Notes under the pieces: model-generated
What the model was told of the DNA's origin: nothing
The model's database searches: none
What the model saw: the letters and a program-made list of their open reading frames with translations, nothing else
In this document: piece after piece, positions 10,232-21,255 of the stretch
Numbering within the stretch: position 1 is the first letter of the stretch
Layout: each line of letters opens with the position of its first letter
Translations under genes and position numbers: made by a program
Assembly: GCA_963752155.1 (NCBI GenBank)
Contig: CAVVXH010000001.1
Location: 32,001 to 96,000 of the forward strand
DNA from: an uncultured Parachlamydiaceae bacterium
GTDB lineage: Bacteria > Chlamydiota > Chlamydiia > Chlamydiales > Parachlamydiaceae
Direction of reading: 5' to 3'
DNA length: 64,000 bases

Positions 10232-11071
10232 ATGCGAGAAAATTTACCTTGGAAAAAGGTATTTAAATGGATTTTTTTTTCTACTTTAGCGACTTGGAGC
10301 TTAGCTTCAGTAAGCTGGATCTATTGGCGTCATCGTCAACAGGAACTTGCTTCGAATGATCGTTATAATATTGTCGCTATTTGGCAAGTGTGTCGGCACA
10401 AAGAGCCTTTACAAACTGATTTTTTAGCAGAGCTATTAGAACTGAGTTGCGATCAACCTACTAATTTATATCGTTTTGACATTAAAGCTGCTAAGCAAAA
10501 GCTTTTAGCATATCCTGTCATCAAATCTGCTGAAATCAAGAAGGTAATGCCAGGAATGCTTTTTGTTGAATATTCGCTACGTCAACCCATAGCTTATCTT
10601 GCGGAATATTCGAACACCGCAATTGATGCTGAGGGTGTTTTAATTCCTTCTAAACCATTTTATACTCCAAAAAATCTTCATGAATGGGTACTTGGGCTAC
10701 CTAAAGGGCTTGAGTGGGGGACAAAAATTTCGGGTAAGGGTATGTTGCTCATTCATGAATTAATTGAGGTGTTTAATTTAAATGAAAATGTACGGTTAAC
10801 TCGGATAGATGTTTCCAAAGCTTTTTCTAAAATTTATGGTGAAAGGGAAATTGTTTTATTTGTTGAAGAGCTTATAGAAGGTAAAGAGGGTATTGAGTGG
10901 GATAGCAAACGCATGGAATTGGTTTTGAGGCTTTCACCGGATAATTGGCGAGAACAAATTGCTAATTATGTGATGTTGCGCCCTGTTTTGAAGGCTGAGG
11001 GGAAAGGGGGGTATGTTGTAGATTTGCGTATTTCTGAATTGGCTTATTATAGTTTGTTAGGGATGATGTAG
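10232..11071 (+). CDS. ftsQ: FtsQ/DivIB-like protein
   Basis: Single N-terminal TM, POTRA-like segment (KLLAYPVIKSAEIKKVMPG), C-terminal VDLR; position after murC. Confidence 0.7.
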   Translation: MRENLPWKKVFKWIFFSTLATWSLASVSWIYWRHRQQELASNDRYNIVAIWQVCRHKEPLQTDFLAELLELSCDQPTNLYRFDIKAAKQKLLAYPVIKSAEIKKVMPGMLFVEYSLRQPIAYLAEYSNTAIDAEGVLIPSKPFYTPKNLHEWVLGLPKGLEWGTKISGKGMLLIHELIEVFNLNENVRLTRIDVSKAFSKIYGEREIVLFVEELIEGKEGIEWDSKRMELVLRLSPDNWREQIANYVMLRPVLKAEGKGGYVVDLRISELAYYSLLGMM

Positions 11072-11077
11072 GGTTCT

Positions 11078-11107
11078 GCAAGGACAGCAAGGACGATAGG
11101 AATAAAG
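11078..11107 (+). repeat. Short 9-bp tandem repeats upstream of four-helix-bundle gene
   Basis: GCAAGGACAGCAAGGACGATAGGAATAAAG. Confidence 0.65.
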
Positions 11108-11173
11108 ATTTTATTGATAAAATTTTTACCTTTAAATAGAATGTGGCTATGAACATAGAGGAGAAGTAAATCG

Positions 11174-11743
11174 ATGACACATTTTATCCCAAAACATGGT
11201 GGATATGGGAGTTTACTTTCTTATCAAAAATCTCAAATTGTCTATGATGGTACAGTTTATTTCACAAAAAGATTTTTTTCTAAATTCGATCGAACTGTCG
11301 ATCAAATGGTGCAAGCTGCGCGTTCAGGCAAACAAAATATCGTTGAAGCGAGCGCAGCTTCAGCAACATCTAAAGAGACGGAAATTAAATTAACTAATGT
11401 GGCTCGTGCAAGCCTTGAAGAATTATTAATTGATTATCGAGATTTTTTACGCATCAATAAATTTACTGAATGGGATAAAGATCATCCCTAAGCGGAACGT
11501 TTACGATTTTTAAACAGAAATGAGCCAAATGTTTATGAAACTTTTAGGAAAGGAATAGAACACCAAAATCCAGAAATTTGTGCTAATGTCTTAATTGGTT
11601 TAATTAAAGTAACGATTTATTTGTTGATTAAACAAATAAAATCTCTTGAAAGAGAATTTGTTAAAGAGGGAGGTCTTCGTGAAAGAATGACAAAAGCGCG
11701 ACTTGCAGCAAAGGAGAAAGAGCGACATAACCAAGGACCTTAG
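11174..11743 (+). pseudogene. Four-helix-bundle protein with 'suffix' domain (TIGR02436/TIGR04258-like), internal TAA at 11489-11491
   Basis: GGY..LLSYQKS..RTVDQMVQAARSGKQNIVE..NVARASLEELL.DYRDFLR; same frame continues past TAA to ICANVLIGLI..EGGLRERMTKAR..TAG at 11743. Confidence 0.85.
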
Positions 11744-11758
11744 GGTACTAGGGAGTTG

Positions 11759-11818
11759 CTTGTCCTTGCCTGTCGTCCTTGTTGTCCTTGCTGTCCTTGC
11801 CGTCCTTGCCGTCCTTGC
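11759..11818 (-). repeat. 9-bp tandem repeats (GTCCTTGCC-type) inverted relative to upstream set
   Basis: TGTCCTTGCC..GTCCTTGTT GTCCTTGCT GTCCTTGCC GTCCTTGCC GTCCTTGC. Confidence 0.85.
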
Positions 11819-11821
11819 TCG

Positions 11822-12691
11822 CTAATAAACGTTCTTTAAAAGCCTGCCATCGCTAAGTCCTTCTGCCGGAGGATGCTCTTTAAGGTAAGCCTTAATTTGC
11901 TGCATCCTTAAATCAGGATTTGGGTGAGTTTGAAAAAAATCCACTCCTCTTTCCTTACCCCCAGATGCCGCTTTCAAAATTTCCATCACTTCAATCATTG
12001 CCTGCGGTTTAAATCCAGCTTTCGACATAAGGATAATTCCCCATTTGTCAGCCTCTGACTCATCAGAACGGCTGTAATGAAGCTGAGTCATTTGATTTAC
12101 CATCGCAGCAATCATTGCCGCCGAATTATTAGGGTTGCCAGAATCACTGGTTGCTGCTCCAACCGCCATAACAAGAGATTGGCCTAGTTGAGTTTTGGCC
12201 ATTTGTTGGGAAGAATGCCTTTGAATAACATGACCCATTTCATGACTCAAAACTCCTGCCAACTCAGCCTCGGTTTCCAGTCTATTCAAGAGGCCCAAAG
12301 TAATAAAAATTTGTCCTCCTGGAAGAGCAAAAGCGTTGACAGTCTCATCGTCAGCTAATAAATGAAATTGAAAATTCCAAGGGCTTTTTTCTACACCGGC
12401 TTTCGAAACAACATAGTTTCCGACTTTTTGGACTTCTTTAGTTCTAGGGTCTGAGGCCGAAAGCTCTCCCCCCATTTGCCTAGCCATTTCAGGAGCCGAT
12501 CTTAATCCTAATTGTACTTCTTGATCAGGTGAATAGGAGACATGTTGCTTTTCTCCAGTGACAGGATTGACTTCGGTATGTGTTGCGTACATGAACCAAG
12601 CTACAAGGGCGATGATGATAGCTATAACCAGACGACTACCAAATCCTCCACCACTCCTGCCTTGACTTGAGTTATTATTAGGATCAAACAT
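11822..12691 (-). CDS. M48 family metallopeptidase
   Basis: NAFALPGG, HEMGH zinc motif, YSRSDESEAD, THP; likely start ATG 12691 with AGGAG RBS. Confidence 0.9.
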   Translation of the reverse strand: MFDPNNNSSQGRSGGGFGSRLVIAIIIALVAWFMYATHTEVNPVTGEKQHVSYSPDQEVQLGLRSAPEMARQMGGELSASDPRTKEVQKVGNYVVSKAGVEKSPWNFQFHLLADDETVNAFALPGGQIFITLGLLNRLETEAELAGVLSHEMGHVIQRHSSQQMAKTQLGQSLVMAVGAATSDSGNPNNSAAMIAAMVNQMTQLHYSRSDESEADKWGIILMSKAGFKPQAMIEVMEILKAASGGKERGVDFFQTHPNPDLRMQQIKAYLKEHPPAEGLSDGRLLKNVY

Positions 12692-12787
12692 AGAAATACT
12701 CCTGGTAAACACCCTTAAATTTCTGTTTAACAAATTAAAGATAATTTTATCAATAGCCAAAAGATTTATCTCTTGCAATTTCTAGAC

Positions 12788-14564
12788 TCAACTCTTCGTT
12801 CTATTCAAACTACGGTTTTTGTAATAGTGTTCTAGTTCGTCTGCGATAAGAACTGCATTCCAATGAATATGGCTGAGATCTGTTGTTCTAAATAAGGTAA
12901 TATCATCTTCTAAAAGACGACTTAATCGACAAAAAAAGATCTGTATCTTTAGGGTCAAGGCTAAGTTCGTGATTAAATTCCCAAAGTTGTAAATAAAGCG
13001 CTGTTTGGATCTTTTTAGCAAAAAGACTAAGAACTGGAGGAGCATTTTCCATAATTTCGGAATTTTGCTGCATGATCAATTGCTGTGCCGGCAAGGAAAG
13101 CACGTGTCCCATGGCGTGGCAGTAATACAAACTCGCTTTTTCCACTTCATTATTCACTTGATCAATTTGATTCAACCAGTTTATTTGACTGTTCATCATT
13201 TCATTATTCAATAGTTTTTGGGCAGCTTCTAAATCATTTATTTCACCTCTTAACCATGCCTTCTCTAGTTGATTGTAAGAAAGAGTAATCATTTGCATCA
13301 TTTGATGATGTGTCGTGGAAAGAACATCGTAAGGCGCTGTGTGATCAACTAATGCATCGAAAAAAAAGATGATGTGCTGTCTTTTTACGTCATCCAAGTA
13401 AGTGGAATTTTCAGCAATTGCCAAAGCAAGATTCTTGTGATAGGAAAGAAATTCCTTTCGATGCTCTTCGAAAACTTCCCGTTTTTTACGTAAAAAACTT
13501 CTCGCTTTTTCCACTAAAGATCCATGTGGTAATAAAGCTTGAGCGATTTGCTTTTTGCAAAGATAGAGAGAAGGGAAATGTTGAAGACGTCCTGGCCGAT
13601 GAAGATGTTTGGGAATTAAGATTTCAGGTAAGGCCCACCCATGATGTTGTAGAGGATGAGGAAACCCAGTTTGAATGGATTGAGTGGATATGTTATCCGA
13701 TTGAAAAATGCTAAAATTCAGAGTCCTTTTATCTTTTTGAAACGTGGCAGAAACTTCTACTAGCTGACCAGGTAGAGGTGTAAGTTGCTGAGAGATCGTC
13801 AGTTGTTGAGCTTCATTGTCTAGGGTAATGTGTGTAGGAGTTTTTAATACTAAAGATCGTGCTTCTAATTTAGAAAACAATTTATTTGTTTCTAATAAAT
13901 TGATGATCTTCATAAAATAGAGCTCAAGAGTTTGACGTTGAACTTGAACAGTCGGAATGACCAACTCACGCAGATGGGAGACTTTTTCTACAGCACCTGC
14001 GATGGTGTCATTTGCATGAGTAGAATAATTTTTTTTGGTTCTGGAATTTTCCGGGGAAGGATGGGGAAAATCGATATGCAAACAAGTTTTTTGAGGAAGA
14101 TCGATTCTGACAAGGCGATCCCCTATAAGGAGTCCGCTTTTTTCGTAAAGGAAGCAAACGATTCTTTGTTGCCAAGAGGGGGGGAAGTTGGCAGCTTCAT
14201 CTAGAATGTGATTAAATCGTTCGATAGCTTGTCTTGGCATAGGCAGCAAATTTTTTTTGTTCCGATGTGCCGTCCTCCATCACTTGAATAAGGGGAAAGT
14301 AACTTTTGATCACATCGCTGCTATGTAAAATTTCATCAAAACAGATGATCTTTTATTATTATCTGTTGAAAAGATATTTTGATAAGCAAGTCCTATGCTT
14401 TTTTTAAGGGAAGTTGTTGGAATGAGCAACGAGTTTGCCCCTTGAACCTCGAGATGCGAAAGATTAGGGACAAGTTCTTTTTCAACTTGTCGCACAAAGG
14501 TTTCTAGATTCTCTAGAGCTTGTTTTAAATTTGAATTGGGTTCATCTGGATTAGTAATTTTCAT
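12788..14564 (-). CDS. Hypothetical protein (frameshifted into 3 ORF pieces)
   Basis: Contiguous ORFs 14310-14597, 12903-14249, 12788-13045 on the same strand; ATG 14564 overlaps upstream stop. Confidence 0.55.
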
Positions 14565-15837
14565 CGTATAACTCAAAGTTTGGAACAGGTTTGCCACAAG
14601 CCGCTTGGACTTGGACCTTGGTTCCTTGTACGATTTCTAAAGCTTGTCCTTGAGCAAGGCGTCATCAATCTCAATCAATTCACCTCGTCGAAGATGTTCA
14701 AAGGCTCGCGATTCGGGTGGATGCTCCTTGAGATGAGTACTTAGATTCTTTTTACCACCAGTACCACAAAGATAAAAGCGTTTTCCTTGATAACTTTCGA
14801 TTGGCGGACTTATTACTCGATAGAGCCCATTATAATTTGGCGACGCACAATTGCATTAGGATAGCTTCGGGAGTGCCAGTGTTCTATCCTCGTGGTTGCT
14901 GTAAAGTGATCAAAGAAGTTGGAAGTAGTTTTCTCGGTTCTATTTGGTAGTACGATTTTTGAAGCTTTAGGGCTGCGAATGAGAAGATAGGTCATTTTTA
15001 GTGAACTGAGCTTTATATCTAAAGCTCTTTGAATTTCTTTAATAATAAGGTTTAGCCATTTCTCGTTGGGCATAGCATGGACTATTTGGTGTTTTTAATG
15101 CGGGGCAACTCCCATGCCAAATACAAGGAGCTTGGATGGTAATTCCAGATGAAACAAGCTCTATTTCGTAAGTGTAAGAGGCGACGATTATCTTCAGATA
15201 AAGAAGACTCGACAATAAAAGATGACCTGTCGGTTTAAGGCGGGAAAGCAAATAATCGATAAAATGAGATTGCTTTTCTTCCCAATTTTTCATGTGAGTA
15301 GGAAATAACTCGAAAGGGCATACCCTAGAGTAATTAAATCAAAATCTCCTTCCACAGGTAAATGATCCTTAATGCAGTCCCAACGTCTAATGGTCAAAGG
15401 CATTCCATAGCGGCCACAAATTTCTGCTCCAAGTTCCAACGCCTCAATATTCGGTCGACAGCGATGACCTCGCGTGCCCCATGGCGCAAAGCAGCAAAAG
15501 CAAATGGAGAAGGACCACTACAGACATCTAGGACACGTTTGGGAGGAGATGGGAGTTCACCAAGTAATGAAAGGGCTTCTTGATAGTGCACGACCCAAGG
15601 ATAAAGGATGTAAGCCGAAAGTTGATTACGATCCGTAAAAAAATCTAGAGGAGCAGGATCACCATTCTTTTTTGTTGGTTCATGATACAGAGGTTTAAGA
15701 CATTCGATCACACCGCGAAATTCACGTGTTTGCAAGCGGTCTCCTGGACCGGATTCTTTATGAAAGCGACGCCACACACCAATCAAAAGCGGTAAAATAA
15801 CATCTAGATCTGCTGAAGGAGTGCGGTTTAATTTCAT
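14551..15837 (-). CDS. Rsm22-family SAM methyltransferase (multiple frameshifts)
   Basis: YILYPW..RVLDVCSGP SAM motif; IQAPCIWHGSCP; MTYLLIR; fragments in several frames. Confidence 0.75.
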
Positions 15838-15845
15838 GGCTTTTT

Positions 15846-16543
15846 TACTCAAAAATAATTTTTCGTTCTTGTTCAGTTAGGGGACGATAAGAACCTTCGG
15901 GTAATTCGCCCAGATGCAGACCCCCAATCCGAATCCTTAAAAGTTCGCGTACTTCGAGTCCAGCATTTTGTAGCAGGAGACGTACTTCTCGTTTTTTGCC
16001 CTCTTGAACAGAAATTTTTACGGTTCCTTTTCGTACTTTGATGACAGTTCTTAGGTTTTATAAAAATACCTTCAACAAGAGTACCTGAGGAGATAGCTTT
16101 AAGATGTTCTGCGGTGATTTCAGAGTCGGTTTTAGCGAGATATTCTTTGGTGATATTAGAGGACGGGTGAATGGCTTTATGGGCAAAATGTCCATCATTT
16201 GTGACAATAAGCAGTCCTTTTGTGTCTTTATCAAGTCGTCCGACAGTGAAAAGGCGTTCTTCGATCCCTTCAAATAAGTCTAAAACGATTTTGGTTTTGG
16301 AGTTTTTTCGTGCTGTGCAGATATAGCCTTCCGGTTTATTGAGCATAAAATATAGTTTATTTTGTGGTTGCGTGACAAGGACATCGTCTACGGCAACTGA
16401 TCATTCCAATCGACCATTGTTTGGGGCAAGAGAGTGATGTTGCCATTGACTTTGACTCGTCCGGCAAAAATAAGGGCTTCACAGGCTCTTCTTGAGGCTA
16501 CACCTGCGGCAACCAACGTTTTACTCAATCTATTTTTTGTCAT
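15846..16543 (-). CDS. rluB: Pseudouridine synthase RluB/RsuA family (frameshifted)
   Basis: MTKNRLSKTLVAAGVASRRACE (S4), LNKPEGY, VGRLDKDTKGLLIVTNDG. Confidence 0.85.
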
Positions 16544-16567
16544 TAACCTATCCATTTAATTTTCTTC

Positions 16568-16728
16568 TATAGATTTTTTCACATGACTTAACAAAATTCT
16601 TGCAGATTTTGACATAGATTGCAGATGAAGAAAACGTGACATACATGGATGTAGGCGCGTTTTCTTCATCTGCAAGATATGCCAAAAGATGCAGAATTTT
16701 GTTATGAAGTCATGGGAAAAGATCTATA
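16568..16728. repeat. ~160 bp palindromic element, family B copy 1 (RPE-like)
   Basis: TATAGAT..CATGACTT..GCAGATGAAGAAAACG-loop-CGTTTTCTTCATCTGC..AAGTCATG..ATCTATA. Confidence 0.9.
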
Positions 16729-16779
16729 CACCTAGTCTACAGTAAATTCTGTTTAATTACAAGTTTTACTGATCGAACT

Positions 16780-16842
16780 CAGGAATTCCCACTAATTTTC
16801 GTGCCTGCGCACGCGGGCACGAAAGTTTAGCGGGAATTGCTG
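16780..16842. mobile_element. MITE family C with 9-bp target-site duplication
   Basis: CAGGAATTCCCACTAATTTTCGTGC..GCACGAAAGTTTAGCGGGAATTGCTG flanked by GATCGAACT/GCTCGAACT. Confidence 0.75.
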
Positions 16843-16899
16843 GCTCGAACTTTCTTTGCTTCCTCTATTACTTGCCTTCAGGTACAATGTCTATTTTGC

Positions 16900-17064
16900 T
16901 ATAGATCTTTTCACATGAATTCGTAAACAAAATTCTAGCAGATTTTGACATAGATTGCAGATGAAGAAAACGTGACATACATGGATGTAGGTGCGTTTTC
17001 TTCATCTGCAAGATATGTCAAAAGATGCAGAATCTTGTTAGGAAGTCATGTGAAAAGATCTATA
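16900..17064. repeat. ~165 bp palindromic element, family B copy 2
   Basis: Direct near-identical copy of 16568-16728. Confidence 0.9.
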
Positions 17065-17132
17065 AACCTTCACATTCACGTGAAAGGATTGGCAAAATAT
17101 ATTAACATCTTCTTTAAAAGTAGGTATTGAAT

Positions 17133-18275
17133 ATGGAAATAGGAATTCCTAAAGAGATTAAAAATCGAGAGTATCGTGTTGGGGCCACACCTGGGATGGT
17201 GCGTACTCTTGTAGAGGCTGGTCATTCTGTTAAAGTGCAAGCGCTTGCCGGTCATGAAATAGGTTTTTTTGATGATATGTATCGTGCAGCAGGGGCAACT
17301 ATAGTTCCGACAGCTGCTGAAGTGTATGCTTGTGAAATGGTCATCAAAGTTAAAGAGCCTTTAGAAATTGAATATCCTTTATTAAGAGAAGGGCTGATTT
17401 TATTTTGTTACTTACATCTCGCTCCGGATCCAGTTCAAACTCAGCAACTCATTAACAGTAAAGTCATAGCTATTGCCTACGAAACAGTCACCGATAAAGA
17501 TGGGCGATTGCCTCTTCTTGTGCCAATGAGTGAAATTGCCGGCCGTATTGCTATCCAAGTTGGCGCAACCTGTTTACAATTGAATAATGGGGGCAATGGA
17601 ATTTTGCTTGGGGGTGTTCCGGGAGTAGCTCCAGGAAAAGTTCTGGTTATCGGCGGAGGCGTAGTTGGGACTGAAGCTGCACGTATGGCTTTAGGCATTG
17701 GAGCTGATGTGACGATTGTCGATAAGGATTTGGCGCGTTTGAGAGCTCTAGATGCACTCTTTCCTGGTTTGAAGACGTTGTACTCGACTTCTCAATCCAT
17801 CGAAGAAGCGATTGTAGATACAGATCTTGTTATCGGAGCTGTACTCATTCCAGGCAAAACTGCTCCGAAGCTTGTGACAGAAAGAATGATTAAGAGAATG
17901 GCGCCAGGATCTGTGGTCGTAGATGTTGCGATCGATCAAGGCGGATGTTTTGAAACTTCTCGACCTACATCTCACGACAACCCCACTTATGTTGTTGACG
18001 GCGTCATTCACTATTGTGTAACAAATATGCCGGGGGCTTGTGCAAGGACTTCAACTCAGGCTTTGACAAACGCAACCATAGGCTACGCCTTGGCTATTGC
18101 GAATAAAGGATGGAAAAAAGCTATTGAAAGTGAAGGTTTGCGTAATGGATTGAATGTTTGTCTTGGACATGTTACAAATTTGCATGTGGCCACAGATTTA
18201 GGCCATCCATTTGTACTCCCGGAATCTTTTATTAACGGAAACATCGAATGCGATACATTATTGGAATTGACTTAG
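17133..18275 (+). CDS. ald: Alanine dehydrogenase
   Basis: IGIPKEIKNREYRVG, KVKEP, LVPMSEIAGR, GGGVVG, DVAIDQGGCFETS, NMPGA. Confidence 0.95.
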   Translation: MEIGIPKEIKNREYRVGATPGMVRTLVEAGHSVKVQALAGHEIGFFDDMYRAAGATIVPTAAEVYACEMVIKVKEPLEIEYPLLREGLILFCYLHLAPDPVQTQQLINSKVIAIAYETVTDKDGRLPLLVPMSEIAGRIAIQVGATCLQLNNGGNGILLGGVPGVAPGKVLVIGGGVVGTEAARMALGIGADVTIVDKDLARLRALDALFPGLKTLYSTSQSIEEAIVDTDLVIGAVLIPGKTAPKLVTERMIKRMAPGSVVVDVAIDQGGCFETSRPTSHDNPTYVVDGVIHYCVTNMPGACARTSTQALTNATIGYALAIANKGWKKAIESEGLRNGLNVCLGHVTNLHVATDLGHPFVLPESFINGNIECDTLLELT

Positions 18276-21215
18276 GGACGACGAATAGTTCTGTCGCTTA
18301 TGTCGATACTCAAAGTCAACAGGCTCAAATTCAGCAATTTTATATCCCGCAGCTTATTGCTTCGGGATATGTCGATGCTCTTTCAACTCTACCATCTTTT
18401 TGTTATTTATGTGCCAATGAAGAATGGTCTAAAGGCAGTATTGCGCTTCCATGGAATAATCAACAGGACTTTTTTGTTGGGCGATTTGCTCAGCTGCATG
18501 GAGGAAAGGTGCCTACACGCCTCGTCCAGTCAGCTAAGAGCTGGTTATGTCACGCAGCTGCGAATCGAAGAGAAAAAATCCTTCCGTTTGATTCTGTTGA
18601 CGGTTCTTATCGCATTAGTCCGGTTGAAGCATCAGTACGTTATTTAGCTCATATAAAAACTGCTTGGAATGAGACCATCGCTAAAGGAGATTCTGCTTTA
18701 ATATTTGAGGAGCAAGAGGTCATTCTGACTGTTCCGGCTTCTTTTGATGAAATTGCTCGGCGGCTAACCGCCGAAGCGGCTGTTCAAGCTGGCATCGTGC
18801 ATTTGACTCTTTTGGAGGAACCCCAAGCTGCTTTTTATTCCTGGCTTGCGCAGAATGAATCTACATGGCAAAAGCAGTTGCCTTTAGGTTCTTGTGTCCT
18901 TGTTTGCGATGTTGGAGGGGGAACAACAGATTTTAGTTTGATAGAAGTCGTTGGAGATCCAGGACATCCACAATTGCGTCGTATGGCTGTTGGAGATCAC
19001 CTTTTGCTTGGTGGCGACAATATGGATGCGGCTCTTGCTCATTTGATTGAAAATCAATTATTTCGGGAGGAGCCCACACCATTTCAATGGATGCAGCTAA
19101 ATAGTGAAATGCGCTCAGCAAAAGAGGCATTGTTAGCTCCGAAAGATCCTCAGGAACATTATACGATCGTATTGCAGGGGAGTGGAGCCAGTGTCATCAA
19201 GGAAAGTTTGATGGCTGAGATTTCGCGTGAAACTACAATAAAAACTTTACTTGAAGGGTTTTTTGGTCAATATGATTGGAAAGACGCTCAGAATGTACGT
19301 AAGACGACGGGTATGCGAGCAATGGGGCTTCCTTATGAAAATGAGCCATCTATCACAAAGCATTTAGCACGATTTTTATCCCAGGGATTGGCCGACCTTG
19401 ATCCCACGAACCCAATGAAAGGACCCGACTTTGTTCTTTTCAACGGTGGAACGATGAAACCACAACTTTTCCAAGAGGGAATTCTAGAATCACTTAGAAG
19501 ATGGTTTCCGAATACAGAACCTATTCAGCTTTCATCTTACCATTTAGATTTAGCTGTCTCTCGTGGAGCTGCCTATTATGGGAAAGTACGACGTGGAATT
19601 GGAGTGAAAATTGTTGGAGGGGCAGCCCGTGGATATTATCTAGGACTAGATACAAAGAGTGACAACGGAGAAATAGTCCATAAAGCACTTACACTATTGC
19701 CACGAGGATCAGATGAAGGTTCTACCTATGAACCTGAGCAGTCGTTTTTATTGCGTCCAAATACTCCGGTGTCTTTTCAATTGTATACTTCACATGTACG
19801 TTTACACGATCACTCTGGGGACTTGATCGATATCGATGCTGAGCAACTTCAACTTTTGCCGTCGATTCATACAGTTTTACGTTTTGGAAAAAACAAGTCG
19901 GGTTCTTCCGAACAAGGGAACACAATCCCTGTACATTTGACAGCGCATCTAAATGCCATCGGAACTTTGGAAATTAGTTTAAAGTCAAAGAATACAGATC
20001 ATGTTTGGTTATTAGAGTTCCAGTTAAGAACTGCTTCAGGACAAGATAATAGCGTGGTAGGCTTTGCCCATGGCTCTCAAGATGAGCTTTTTGATCAAGA
20101 GTATCTTGTAGAATCCAAAAAATATATCGAAGAGGCCTTTTCTCCAAATTCGACGATTAAGCCTGAAAATTTGATGGATGGTCTGGAAAAAAAATTGCAA
20201 AGACCTAGGAACGAGTGGTTTTTGAGTGTACGACGCAGTTTATGTGAGTCAGTTTTTAAAGTAGCTGACAGACGCAAGCTCACAGCAAGTCATGAAGCGC
20301 GTTGGTGGAATTTGGTTGGGTTTCTTATGTTGCCTGGGGTTGGCTATTCGATGGATGATTTTCGTATTAAAGAATTATGGAAAATTATTCTCAGTGAAGC
20401 CAAGACAACTATTTCCGAAGAATGTCAAGTGCAGAAATGGATTTGTTATCGAAGAGTCGCAGCGGGCTTTTTTAAAGGTCAACAGCTCCAGTTGGCACAT
20501 GAATTAATGCCTATGATTCTTAATAAAAGAAATGGCAAGATCGAGGTAAAAGGAAAATCAGAATTTTCTCAGTATAGCGAAAAAATTCGGACATTAGCAG
20601 CCTTTGAGCTGATTGATTTGCCCATGAAGATTAAAGTTGGGGATGCCCTCGTAGAGCGCATAGTAACTGGGCATCCAATTTCGGCTGATTTTTGGGCCTT
20701 GGGCCGTATAGGAGCTCGCCATTTGCTTTATGGCTCCAAGGTTAACGTGGTTCCAAAGGATGTATGTTCTCGTTGGATTGAAGCATTGCTTTCATGTTCG
20801 CAGGCAAATTTAAACCTAGAAACGGCAGTTCAAGATTGATAAATTGACGCAATCTTTTGAGTTAGAATCGCTTCTGATGGGGGGCGATCATTCCCAAAAG
20901 GTGAAGGCGCCCCCCATCAAAAGCAATTCTGGCTCAAAAGATTGCGTCAATTTATCGTCTTCAACTGCCGTTTCTAGGTTAAAGGAACTTCCTTTTTTGG
21001 TGAAGCAATTGGCTAGGAAAACTGACAGTCGTGAAATTAATTTGCCGCAGACGATGATTGAAAGGATCTTAAGTCATTTTGCTTCTTTGCCCGAGTCAGA
21101 ACTAGAGTCGCTTAAGAAGTCTTTGTTGGAGGTTTCAGAAATTAGTGAAAATGAACAAGATCGGATTTTTGGCGAGCATTTGCCTTCAGGATTGGGCTTA
21201 GGGACTGGGCAATAA
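18248..21215 (+). CDS. Hsp70-family protein with C-terminal DUF3731-like region, split at a palindromic insert
   Basis: GIDLGTTNS, TVPASFD, EEPQAA, DVGGGTTD, LGGDNMD; C-terminal WALGRIGAR continues in ORF 20844-21215 (ARKTD..IFGEHLPSGL). Confidence 0.85.
20813..20980. repeat. 168 bp palindromic element (family D) inserted within coding sequence
   Basis: AACCTAGAAACGGCAGTT..GATGGGGGGCG / CGCCCCCCATC..AACTGCCGTTTCTAGGTT, ~73 bp arms. Confidence 0.9.
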
Positions 21216-21255
21216 TAACTTGTGCGATTGGGCAACGCGGAAGCTCCCGTGATTT

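Noticed and set aside
11174..11743. Diversity-generating retroelement (Avd-like gene)
   Set aside because: No reverse transcriptase and no TR/VR pair with adenine-specific mismatches in the window.
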